From positions 91,388,001 through 91,452,000 of the forward strand of contig OX597823.1 in assembly GCA_951406725.2 (NCBI GenBank): a DNA stretch of 64,000 nt. The letters run 5' to 3'. This document shows positions 25,207-37,453 of the stretch, in pieces. Every line of letters starts with the position of its first letter. Position 1 is the first letter of the stretch. A model generated the notes under the pieces. It made no database searches, was not told where the DNA came from, and worked only from the letters and a program-made list of their open reading frames with translations. The translations under genes were made by a program, and so were the position numbers. The DNA comes from Octopus vulgaris (taxonomy: Eukaryota).

Positions 25207-25864
25207 GCACACTTGTTTTACAAGTTTGGCAAATGATTTGACTCTACTCGATCATGCAATTTCCCCTCGCTCTCTTCTTTCATCTTTTTTCCTCTCTTTC
25301 TTCTCTTTCAAAACTCCCCTCAACTCTTTTCTAGTATCCGATGATGAAGAGAACCAGACCCAAAACGTTATATTTCTACTCTGCAACTTTTTCCTTCAGC
25401 ATCAACCTAATAACACTCACAGTGAACATTTCTTGAAATTTTGCTGTTTTTTGTATTTGCTTTGCTCCTCTTCTCCTTCCCCCTTCTCTGTCTGTCTGTC
25501 TGTCTCTGTCTGTCTGTCTGTCTCTGTCTGTCTGTCTGTCTCTGTCTCTCTCTCTCCCTCTCTCTCTCTCTTTACGGTGTAATCATCATTAAAACTTACG
25601 TTTTCTATACCAGAAGTATTCCAGCCTTGGCTTGAAACCTAACAGTGTTGATAGCCCAGCATTCAGGTTGAGTGCTTCTCTGGAAATAACCCAGCTTAAC
25701 ACCCTACCTGACCGTATATAGGGATACATTATATCATTTGATATGGTAACCACTACACCACATGCCCACGGCCCACAGACCACGGGCATATGGCATAGTG
25801 GTTAAGATCGTGGGCTACTAACCCCAAGATTCTGAGTTTGATTCCCGGCAATGATGTGAGTAAC

Positions 25865-25894
<30 letters not shown>

Positions 25895-25897
<3 letters not shown>

Positions 25898-26205
25898 GCC
25901 AGACATAGTCTTAATTGAGAAAGAAAACAAACTATGCTGAATCATAGTTGTGATTGATGAAAAAGGTGGTAGTAGTACAAATAATTGTCGAAGCCTTGGG
26001 AACAGTGAGTAAAAGTCTTGAGAAGTATGTGGAACAACTAGGGGCTGCAATAAGGGTGGAGCACTTGCAGAAAACAGCACTGCTTGGAACCACCCAAATA
26101 CTCCATAGGGTGCTCGAAAAATAAGAGGTGTTACCTTAGTTCACTGGTAGTGAACAGCTGACACTGTAGTACATCTCCAGCAATAGAAGCTGTGCAAAGG
26201 CAATC
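25895..26205 (+). mobile_element. R4/Dong-like non-LTR element 3' end (restriction-like endonuclease) in (TAA)n
   Basis: KPDIVLIEKENKLC and VVVQIIVEALGTVSKSLEKYVEQLGAAIRVEHLQKTALLGTTQILHRVL; TAA-type repeats on both flanks. Confidence 0.75.
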
Positions 26206-26272
26206 ATAGTAATAGTAATAATAATATCAAAAAATATCTTAGAATGAGAACCCACGTTCAAAATTTCCCCAA

Positions 26273-26318
26273 GACACCTGATGAAAGCTGGAGGGTATAT
26301 TAGCTGAAACGTTGTGTT
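26273..26318 (+). ncRNA. Minimal type I hammerhead motif (PLE type)
   Basis: GACAC-CTGATGA-A AGCTG GAGGGTATAT TAGCT-GAAA-CG-TT-GTGTT; AACGTT palindrome in stem III. Confidence 0.6.
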
Positions 26319-27276
26319 AACACCAAACAAGATGAGGACAAATATTCGTCAAATGTAAATAATGTACATAATTCCTCATCCCTTAAATATAGAACTGGCT
26401 TATATAGGACTGTATAGACATTTATATAGCAATTGATCAAACTGACAAAAAGTACAAAAACCCTACTCCCTCCCCTTTAATTTTCTCCATATATTTACCT
26501 GTTTTGTTTCGATACACTCACTCTTTTATGAAAAAAAAAAAAATGCCTTCAGCTGTTTTGCCTAAATTGTACATTCAATATTTCTTGGACATGACTTCTT
26601 TAAACAGCTCAACCAATACATTTAAAGTGGGAAGACCATTAAAATATTTGTGATGTTCCGTATTTACTTCAATGAATTTTAAATATAATAAAGAAATAAG
26701 TAAAATAAAAGGAGCACTCTGTCGATTACGACGACGAGGATCCCAGCTGATATGATCAATGGAACAGCTTGCTCGTGTAATTAATGTGTAAGGGGCTGAG
26801 CAATCCACAGACATGTGTACCCCTAACATAGTTCTCAAGGACATTCAGCGTGACACAGAGTGTGACAAAGCTAGCCCTTTTGAAATACAGGTACTACTCA
26901 TTTTTGCCAGCTGAGTGGACTGGAGCAACGTGAAATAAAGTGTCTTGCTCAAGGACACAACACGTCGCCAGTAATTGAACTCACAACCTTACAATCGTGA
27001 GTCGAATGCCCTAACCAGTAAGCCACGTGCCTTCACCTAATTAAAATAACTTTGTTGTTATTAGGTTGGTGTTAGGAACATAATTAATGCTGTTTTGAAG
27101 GAAGATTATAATTAATGACTTCTGAAAACAAGACGTTTGTACTATTTAGCCCTGGGCGGTCTCAGATGGTTTGGTACCAAAAATATTAAACTACTGAGGA
27201 TCAGGAAGAGAAACTGGCAGACTATACTTCAGCCATTTCTCATTGTGTTTCTGTTATGTTAAGCAATGTAACATTA

Positions 27277-27347
<71 letters not shown>

Positions 27348-27545
27348 CACCACCATCGCTGCTGCTGCTGCTAAAAGTGTTAATAGTACATTAAACAATG
27401 ACAATTGGTTTCCCTGCCAAACAGCCTCTCGTTTCCTAGGATACAAAATATTAAATAATTCTCTCTGATTCACATGGAAATTTTGGAGCCATTCGTTGAT
27501 TACCTGACACTTCTCAAAACTAAACAACTTCATTGATGATTGTTC

Positions 27546-27706
27546 AATAATTCATGGGGTGCCTAGAGAACAGCAAGAATCCAAATAATAATGTCTATTC
27601 ATTCTTGATATGATCTGGAAAAAAGGTTCTGCCAGAATAGATTATGACTCAGTAGATATGTCATTGTTTGGATTCTTGTTGTTCTCTGGACACCCCATGA
27701 ATTATT
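27546..27706. mobile_element. Small MITE-like inverted repeat
   Basis: AATAATTCATGGGGTG..AGAATCCAAA / TTTGGATTCT..CACCCCATGAATTATT. Confidence 0.55.
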
Positions 27707-28099
27707 ATCTATTTAACTCCCATCAATGAATAATTTGTGATTGGTTTATAAATAAAAGCACATACTTGTGTTAGATTCCTCATTCTGGAGGGGGCATACA
27801 AAAAGGTGAAACACTGGTGTATCAAAATCCTCTTACACCAGTGAATTACATGTGTTGTCTTAAAGGAGGGTTTTTTTTTCTGATGATGGGGAAGTAACAG
27901 TGATCAGCATATTCATGTTTAAATCTATCAGAACATGAACTGACAATCTGGTGGTTATGACGACGAGGGTTCCAGTTGATCTGATCAAGGGAACAGCCTG
28001 CTCGTGAAATTAACATGCAAGTGGCTGAGCACTCCACAGATGCATGTACACTTAGCCTAGTTCTCAGGGATATTCAGAGTGAAACAGAATATGACAAGG

Positions 28100-28490
28100 T
28101 TAGCAGAAACGTTAACATGCCGGGCGAAAGGCTAAGCGGTATTTTGTCTGCTGCTACATTCTAAGTTCAAATTCCGCTAAGGTCGACTTTGCCTTTTATC
28201 CTTTCAGGGTCGATTAAACAAGTACCAGTTACGCACTGGGGTCGATATAATCGACTTAATCCGTTTGTCTGTCCTTGTTTGTCCCCTCTGTGTTTAGCCC
28301 CTTGTGGATAGTAAAGAAATAGGTATCTTGTCTGTCTTTATGTTCTGAGGTCAAATTCTGCTGAGGTTGACATTGCCTTTCATACTTTCAGGGGTTGATA
28401 AATTAAGTATCAGTTATGTACTGGGGTTGATCTAATAGATTGGTCCCCACCACTCCCCAAAATTTCGGCCCTTGTGCCTAGAGTAGATAA
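28100..28490 (+). mobile_element. SINE family B (dimeric)
   Basis: Same structure as 7095-7510. Confidence 0.75.
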
Positions 28491-29529
28491 TAATTACATG
28501 TACGACTCATTTTTGACAGGTCGGTGGACTAGAGCAATGTAAAATGGTCCCTAGAGCTCATTGAAATGAAATGCTCAAGAACTCAACATTTCCCGGGGAA
28601 TCAAACTCACTACTTTACAATCATGAACCAAACACCCTAACCATTAAGCCACGTGCTTTCACACCAAAACATATTAAGAAAGAATCGATATATTTTTGCT
28701 TATTTGAATTATTGTTTAGTTATTACCATAAACGGATGTCTCCCTTCTTATAAATAATTCAAATCCCGTTAACTCTTATATTTCCATAATGACACCGGAG
28801 TGTTATTAATCTGTTTTAAACTTTAATAGTTAACACCCTTCTTTCTTTTTCACTTATCTTTCCTGAATGTCAGCAACACATTGAGACAGATGTTTCTGGA
28901 GCTTATGCTTTCGAAGTTCTTTAAGTGTGTAATAAGCCTTTCACGTTCTTCTATAGAATATATTCACACCCTTAACAAAATCTCTCAGCAATTTTAAGGA
29001 AGACCATGTCTATCACAGAAAGTTTTACAAAATGACAGACTTTTCACTTCAAGTTTATTTTACTCTACAAACCAAAATAGGTGGCTTCGTTCAAATTTAA
29101 TTATAAAAAGTCGAGCAAAAATTAAACAATGAGTGAGATTCTTCATTGGTTGGTATATAGGCATTGGCTGAAAATTTTGGCACAGGGCCAGCAAGTTTGA
29201 GGAAGGGAGTATGTCAATTACATCGACTCCAGTGTGTAACTGGTACTTATTTTATTGACCCCGAAAGAATGACAGGCAAAGTTGACTTCAGTGGAATTTG
29301 AACTCAGAACACAAAGACGGATGAAATGCTACTTAGCACTGTGCTAACGATTCTGCCAATTTACTGCTTTAATTGGAACATAGACATTATAATTGTACAT
29401 TGGTAATTCTAATATATAACTAGTAAATCTAATACAAATATTTATGCTGCCACAAGATTCCTCTCCATAAAATATTTCCTCTGCAATTTCAGATCCAAAC
29501 AAGTCTTTCTATGATTCTTTTTTTTTTAC

Positions 29530-29836
29530 GCCCTTTTCAAGCCTAGCCAGGTTCATGGGCCTGGTTTTCCGGTTCCTGTGGTGTATGTGTTCCCCCCAGC
29601 TGGACGAGACACTAGTCCATTGCAGCGTTACTCAAGAAACATTGAAGAGAGAGTGAGAGAAAGTTGTGGTGAAAGAGTACAACAGGGGTCGCACCCCCCC
29701 CCCCCCCCTGCCGGAGCATCATGGAGCTTTAGGTGTTTTCACTCAATAAACACATGCTACGCCCAATCTGGGAATCGAAACCGCGATCCTCCGACCTCAA
29801 GTCCGCTGCCCTAACCACTGGGCCATTGCACCTCCA
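29530..29836 (-). mobile_element. tRNA-derived SINE family D
   Basis: Head homologous to 14860-15023. Confidence 0.75.
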
Positions 29837-30022
29837 CAATGATTCTAGACTGACATAATAATCATAGCACTGTTTTCAAGCTTGACATTTACTTTGAAGG
29901 ATGTGAAAAACAGAAACAAATATTAATGAATTCATCTCATTCGGGAGATTGAACCGATTCTTCTACCATCCACCTCTGCAAATTAACAAGTCTTCTTTAT
30001 TGTAAATATTATTTCTGATTCT

Positions 30023-30435
30023 AGGCACAGGTGTGGCTGAGTGGTAAAAAGTTTTGCTTCCTGATCACATGGTTCCGGGTTCAGTTCCACTGTGTGGTAC
30101 CTTGGGCAAGTATCTTCTACTATTGCCTCGAGCCAACCAAAGCCTTGTGAGTGGATTTGGTAGACGGAAACTGAAAGAAGCCTGTTGTATATGTGTGTGT
30201 GTGTGTGTGTGTGTCTTTGTGTATGTGTTTGTTCCCCACCAATGCTTGACAACCGATGTTGGTGTGTTTACATCCATGTAATTTGGTAGTTTGGCAAAAG
30301 AAACAAATAGAATGAATACCAGGATTTCAAAAAAGTAATAACTACTGCTGTTGATTCATTCAACTAAAAACTCTTCAACACAGTGCCCCAGCATGGCCAC
30401 AGTCCAATGACTGAAACAAGCAAAAGATAAAAGAT
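30023..30435 (+). mobile_element. SINE family A
   Basis: Family A sequence. Confidence 0.75.
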
Positions 30436-31906
30436 ATATGGGAATTATGAAAAGAGGGGTATTAGTGGAGACCAGAGACAAATGGTTCTTTAAATTATCA
30501 ACTCTGATGGGGTGGAACATAAAGCCGACTTCAGCAAGATTTGAACTGGCAATATAAAGATCTAGAACAAATACTGCAAAAAATGTTACCAATTCTCTAA
30601 CAATTTTGCCAATCTAACACCCTCCTTGTCAGAAATATTGGTTTCAAGTTTTAGCACGAGGCCAGCAAGTTTGAGTGTGGTGGTGGAGGGTTGGTTGAGT
30701 TGAGAACATCGACCCCAGTGATCAACTGGTACTTAGTTTATCTAAAAAACAAAGTTGACCTTCAAACTCAGAATTTGAACTCAGAACATAGAAACAACTG
30801 AAATGCTTCTAAGAATTTTGCCTGGTGTGCTAACGATTCTGCCAGCTCGAAATATTAAGGAAGACTTTTAAACATTGTCATAACATTATAATTTTGGCAG
30901 AAAGACAAAATTGATTAAATTTACTTCAGTGTTTGAGTAAATGACATGTGATGGTCTCTGGAAAAGATAAAAGGCTAAAGTTGACCTGTCAACCTTGACA
31001 CGATTTGAACTTGGAACATAAAGAGATGTGACTAAATACCGGAAAACATTCTGTCTAATGCTCTAATGATTCTGCCAGCCATCAACTTAATAGCAATTTT
31101 GCTAATAACAACAGATTTTGTTCTGACGGAAAATGAATTCCATAGAATGACAGGAAATGTTAAATATAGGAGACAATTTTCCCTGGAACTTATTCTACAG
31201 AATATAAAGGAATTTTCTGTTTATTATGTATGTAATGTTTGGAAGTTAGAAGAGGAATATTGTAAAAGCCTTTTGTCGATTTTGGAAAGAAAGTGAATGA
31301 ATAGTTATTGTAGAATGGTTTTATTTGGGAATTATTTTCTTCATTTATAATGATGCACAATGGAATGGAATAATATATCATGGCAGACTATTGAATAAAA
31401 TATGGTAACATGTGGAATCTGAAGAAACAGGAGATGGACTGTGTCATTGATAATTAGTTATGGATAAGTTCGTGAAGTTCGCTTGTTGTGATGAGTGAAC
31501 ATTCTAGCATATGAGATATTGCCTTTGGATTATTTTCTATCAACTCTTGTTCCTCTGTTGTGAAAAATATGGCAGGAGAATATTAATTGAAAGAATGTAC
31601 TTGTGATAAAAACTGAGTCTGGTGAGAACTAGAAACCGATTTGAGCAGTCAGTAGTTCATATCCTGTTGACAGTGTTGTGTATGGCACCAAAATACAGAG
31701 TTCTTCTAAGTCTTAGTGTACACATATTTATTTCTTTATTGCCCACAAGGGACTAAGCATAGAGGGGACAAACAAGGACAGACAAAGGGATTAAGTTGAT
31801 TACATCTACCCCAGTGTAGACAGAGGTTGAAACATTTTTCTTGCCGTTTGGGATTCATGTTATCCCCAAGGTAAAGTCTTGTTTTGATTTCTATCTATAG
31901 GAATAT

Positions 31907-31968
31907 TTCCCCTGACGAGATGAATGAGTCCCTTAAGAGGTCCCTAACATCAAAATTGCAATAGGGAA
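31907..31968 (+). ncRNA. Type I hammerhead motif with a G12>A substitution (likely inactive)
   Basis: TTCCC-CTGACGA-GATG...CATC-AAAA-TTGCAA-TA-GGGAA; ATTGCAAT palindrome. Confidence 0.6.
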
Positions 31969-33054
31969 TTCACCAGTTATTTTCAAGGTGTGGATTCAAT
32001 TTGTCATGTCACCCGCAGACAGTTTTTATCGTGAAAAGAAATAATATGAGTGATAAAATGGCTTTATAGCGGTGTTGGCTGCTATTTCTAACATGTAAAA
32101 ATAGTATCCAGTTATAAATGTGACTTGTTCATAATTATAAACGTCCTTCTATGTATTTTATGATAACACATTTGGCCATTAATATTTTCATAAATAATTA
32201 TTAATTGTTTATAATATATCCTCTGTAATTATATATATATATATATATATGTATAGAATAAGTCTTAGGGTCGTTTTGTTTGAGTAAATCCTGCCAAAGC
32301 AGTGCCCCAGCATGGCCACAGTCAAATGACTGAAACAAGTAAAAGGATTAACAAAAAAAGAAGTAATCATGTTTTTTAGAATGAAATTTCTTAGGGCAAA
32401 TTTTCCTCCAGCAAAATTTATGGTGAAATTGCCTACAACCCTATGAGGCACTTTGAATGAGTTATTTTCATTCTCTCAAGTAAAACTGCTTTTGAATCAA
32501 CCAAACAGAAGCAGTTCTTAAATATAGCAAATCGAGTTGTGAATAATTTTCATCTGTAATAAGTTTTCCTTCAGTTATTCTATCTTCTAATATAATGATG
32601 AGTGTAGAGTTTTTATGTATTTGTCCAGAATAATACCGGACGTGGAGGAGGAGAGAAAATAGTAATTCAGTGAAGGAGAAGTAGTGAGAGTAATAGCCCT
32701 GACTGCAAGGGAGTGAGAGAAAGTAACAGCAATGAGAGAGAGGAAGGGGTGATAGATGAATAAGGAATGAAGGGGTGAAAAAATTCAGCGTTTCAACTCT
32801 GTGTGAGTATATGTGTGCATGTAGAAGGGAAGTATGTGAAAGTTTTGTGATTATTATGTGCCTTGTGTATATATAAAATATACTACAATTAGCCATCATT
32901 ATTGATATCACATGGTCAGCTCGAATATTAATAATTAAGATGATATCAGTCTGTTGGGCACAGATGGTGGAGTGTACTGAAGAAATTTGCTTCTCAATCA
33001 AGGGGTTTTGACACCAGTCATCTAACATTTTCTGAGGTCTTCTATAGATCATTC

Positions 33055-33590
33055 ATCGTCATCATCATCATTTAACGTCCGTTTTCTGTGCTAGCATGGG
33101 TTGGACAGTTCGACCGGGGTCTGGGAAGCCAAGGGGCTGCACCAGACTCCAGTCTGATCTGGCAGTGTTTCTACAGCTGGATGCCCTTCCTAACACCAAC
33201 CACTCCATGAGTGTAGTGGGTTCTTTTTACGTGCCACCGGCACAGGTGCCAGGGGATGCTGGCAATGGCCATGATCAGTTGGTGCTTTTTACATGCCACC
33301 GGCACAGAAGCCAGTCAAGGCGGCGCTGGCATCGGCCACGTTCGGATGGTGCTTTTTATGTCCCACTGGCAAAGGTACCACAACTACAATTTCCATTTGA
33401 TATTTATTTTGATATTGATGTACTTGACTCAATAGGTTTCCTCAAGCACAGCAGGTCATGTGCCAATGGCACAGAAGCCAGTCAAGGCAGCGCTGGCAAC
33501 AGCCACGTTCAAATGGGGCTTTTTACGTGCTGCCAGCACAGGTATCGTAACTACAATTTCCATTTGATATTTATTTTGATATTGATGTAC
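33055..33590 (-). mobile_element. Family C RTE-tail repeat
   Basis: Family C terminus and subrepeats. Confidence 0.75.
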
Positions 33591-34073
33591 TTGTATTATC
33601 ATTATTATTATTGAAAGGCAGTGAGCTGGCAGAATTGTTAGCACATTGGAGAAAATGCTTTGCAGTATTTCACTCGTTGTCACGTTCTGAGTTCAAATAT
33701 TGCTCTGAGGTCGACTTTGCCTTTCATCCTTTCGAGGTTGATAAAAAAAGACCAGTTGAATCCTAGGGTCAATGTAACTGATTACCCCTCCCCAAATTAC
33801 TGGCCTTGTGCCAAAATTTGAAACCAGTATAATGGTAGGTCAGCAGGACTGTTCACCCAAGTATAGAATGTGCAATGGTTCAAATCTCATTGTAGTTGTT
33901 AGTTTATCAGAGACAAAAAAAAAAAATCCCTCAGTGGAAGCAATAAAGTTTTTTCCACTACATCCATTTTTATTTAATACAACATAAGAATTTAGCAAGT
34001 TAGAAATTTATGGTTCAAGTTTGGTTGTGAAGTTCTCCCAGAGCCCTAACTTCTACTAGTATTATGAGACTTA

Positions 34074-34437
34074 CCGTACTTTATGGCCTATAAGATGCAT
34101 GAGTGTATAGGACGCACCCTATAGCCTAGGCTATACTTTGGTAAAATAAATTACCACTAAAATAATGTTTTAATTCCCCCACTTACCTGTATAACTTTAT
34201 GTTATTACAGGTATTTATAAGCAATTTATTACATCCACATTCGATATAAACATACTGTAGGTGACTGTTCACCAATAGATGGCAGTACACGTTTTGTAAA
34301 CATACATGAACTATGATGTATAATTTCGGCCAACAGTTGCGAGTTTTGAGCCTACATTGAGTGCATAGGATGTAGGGGGGGGTTTTTAAAGCCATTTTAG
34401 GTTTAAAATGGTGCATCCTATAGGCCATCAAATACAG
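34074..34437. mobile_element. pogo/Tc2-type MITE (Tc1/mariner superfamily)
   Basis: TA|CCGTACTTTATGGCCTATAAGATGCA ... TGCATCCTATAGGCCATCAAATACAG|TA. Confidence 0.75.
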
Positions 34438-35211
34438 TAGTTATTTTAGCAAGGAATTAATCAAGGAGCCAGTATGTGGTAGCCCTACTTAACGGACATA
34501 CCATCAAAACCTTCCTTGTATCACATAATGATTTCAAATTCTGTAACAAGGCCTGTAATTCTGAGGTAGGGACGGGTGATTAGATTGAAACCCAGTACCC
34601 AACTGGTTCTTGTGTTATGAAACCAAAATGGATGAAAGGTGAAGTGGACCCTCGGGAAATTTGAACTCAGAACATAAAAACTGATGAAATGCTCGTCCAT
34701 CTTTCTTTATATCACACATTACCATCTTAAAAAGGATGGACTCATCAAATAGTGTAGTCCAAAATAACCAAGTCATGTCTGATCAGCAGTGAATGGATAT
34801 GAATTTAATCTTTTACATGTTCCAGTCATCAGACTACAGCCATGCTGGGGTACCACCTTAAAGGATTTTAGTGAAATGAATCTACTCCAGTGCTTATTTT
34901 TTCTACAGTCTGGTGCCTAAGCTATCAGCCTCTTTCACCAAATCACTAAGTTACAGGGATGTAAACACACCAACACCGGTTGTTAAGTGGTCGTAGGAGA
35001 CAAACACAGACATGAAGACACATAGATGCACACACACACAGACAAACACACACACACACACACACACACATACGATGGACTCTTTCAGTTTCCATCTTCC
35101 AGATCCACTCATGAAGCTTTGGTCAGTCCAAGGTTGTTGTAGAATATACTTGTCTGAGGTGTCATGCAGTGGGACTAACCCCAGAACCATGTGGTTGGGA
35201 AGCAAACTTCT

Positions 35212-35800
35212 TATTTCTTTATTGCCCTCAAGGGGCTAAACATAGAGGGGACAAACAAGGACAGACAAAGGGGATTAAGTTGATTACATCAACCCCAGTG
35301 CATAACTGGTATTTAATTTATCGGCCCCAAAAGGATGAAAGGCAAAGTCAACCTCGGCAGAATTTGAACTCAGAATGTAACGGCAGACGAAATACCTATT
35401 TCTTTACTACCCACAAGGGGCTAAACACAGAGAGGACAAACAAGGAGAAAGAAATGGATTAAGTCGATTATATCGACCCCAGTGCGTAACTGGTATTTAT
35501 TTAATCGACCCTGAAAGGATGAAAGGCAAAGTCGACCTCGGCAGAATATTGAACTCAGAAGGTAACGGCAGACAAAATATGGCTACGCATTTTGACCGGC
35601 GTGCTAATGTTTCTGCCAGCTTGCCGCCTTATCAAGACAAACTGATTAAGTTGATTATATCAACCCCAGTGCGTAACTGGTACTTATTTAATCAACCCCG
35701 AAAGGATGAAAGGCAAAGTTGACCTCAGCGGAATATTGAACTCAGAACGTAACGGCAGACGAAATACCGCTAAGCCTTTCGCCCGGCACGCTAACGTTTC
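35212..35800 (-). mobile_element. SINE family B multimer (3 cores), apparently nested in a family A head
   Basis: Three family B cores; family A sequence at 34810-35210 resumes at ~35801. Confidence 0.7.
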
Positions 35801-37062
35801 TTACTACACAGCCACACCTGTTCAAGAATAGTCGTCATATTTTTGTAGAATATCTCTCATTTACAGGAGAGATATTATAAGAGCAAGTATCACCTTTTAG
35901 CAACTTAACAGATTCCAAGGCTACACAGCAATGGCAGTTGCAGCACTAGTAGCTGTAGTTGTACTACTGTTGTTGCCACGTATTACTTCTTGGAGCCTGT
36001 GGGCACATTTTCTCACCTACTTCCTGGAAACGAAATGCATTTAAGCAGTCAGCAACACATACCATCGAAAATGTATGTAAGTATAGACATAAATAAACTA
36101 ATAAAGGAAATATAATGATGTTGGTAACAGAAATAAAAATGAGTCTACTACCAATCAGTTTATTTGAAATAATTGTCTTTATCGACAAAGTTGTATCCCA
36201 GAAGGATAACAGCAAGCATCGGAATGAAAATGAAATTGTTACACATAATCTAAGTAAAGAATCACAGCCAGAGGCTTCGAGGCAACGTAAAGGAAAGAGC
36301 AGCAGGGGTGAATTATGAGAGAGAAAGAGGGGAGAAGGAAAGAGTGAGAGAGGAGACTGGGGTGAATGAAAGAGAGAAGGAATGAAAGAGTGAGAGAGTC
36401 TTGGAACTGGATCAAATCACAAGTGCCTGTCTTGAAAAATAAGAATTATATGTAAAGATTTGTTAAGGAATAAAGTCGTTTTCTAAATTTGGTAGTTCTT
36501 GATTAGTATAGCAGGCAGCATTGACCATTTGCCAAAGTTAGGAGATGGATGTTCTTTGAAGGAAAGATATCCTGCAAGAAAATTGTGCTTTCGTTGTCAA
36601 TCAGATATAGAATTATTCGTATTGGTTTGGATAATTAAAAATCATTCTGCGAGGAAATGGGAGCTGATGCTTTTTTTTTTTATTTGGTAAGGGAAAATTG
36701 TGATTAAAGAAGGAAAAAGTGAAATGTATTGATAAAGTATGGTAGTAGTTAGACGAGACGGAGGTGGTCTAAGAAATAAAAATGGTAGCTACGAAGAAAT
36801 TGGCTCTGCTTGTGTGATGAGTTTAGCTGATATAATCTCACCATACTTATGTTTGTATTAAAGGAATCAATTTGTTCAAATTTACTTGTATTGCAGTAAG
36901 AGAAGTTCTTAGGGGGAGTAAGTGATTATGTAGGCCTATATTCTGCACACACAAACACTCTATATTCTGCTATGAATAAAATGGTCTTCACTTCTCAGTT
37001 AAGTTTGTGTGTAAATGGTACCCAGTTAATAAGTGGGTACCATCTGCAGACAAGTGTATGTA

Positions 37063-37453
37063 ACTTGATTTCACAATCTTGGATTCATAACTCTGAATTC
37101 ACATATTTTGGCTTCACCGAATTTGGCCTCACACAAAACCTGGCCTCACAAATTTAGTTTTTCAAACAATATGGATTCCGAAAATTTGGATTTCATAAAG
37201 TCTGGCTTCACAAATTCAGTTTTTCGAACCTTGATGCTGGTACCACATAAAAACAATGGTGATGGTTCCATGTAACAAACACGGTGCTGGTGCCACATAA
37301 AAAGCACTAGTGCTGATACCACATGGAAATGTGCCCTGTCTTCCTTTCTTCTCCCATATTCTCTGTCTCTGTACCTATGCTGACCCCTTTGATCAACCTT
37401 CCTTCACCAAATTGTAGGATCCCCAATAAAATCAATCACCCTACTTAGGTATT
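37063..37453. repeat. Dispersed repeat with ~15-bp internal periodicity; inverted copy at 42180-42560
   Basis: Reverse-complement match between the two loci. Confidence 0.75.

Noticed and set aside
25785-25850. tRNA-like sequence (also the SINE heads at ~14950-15023, ~22922-22990 and ~63495-63565)
   Set aside because: A/B boxes are present but cloverleaf pairing is imperfect, and most are attached to repeat bodies; treated as SINE heads.
32468-33052. 194-aa minus-strand ORF
   Set aside because: Low-complexity pyrimidine-rich composition with no domain; probably a decayed repeat.
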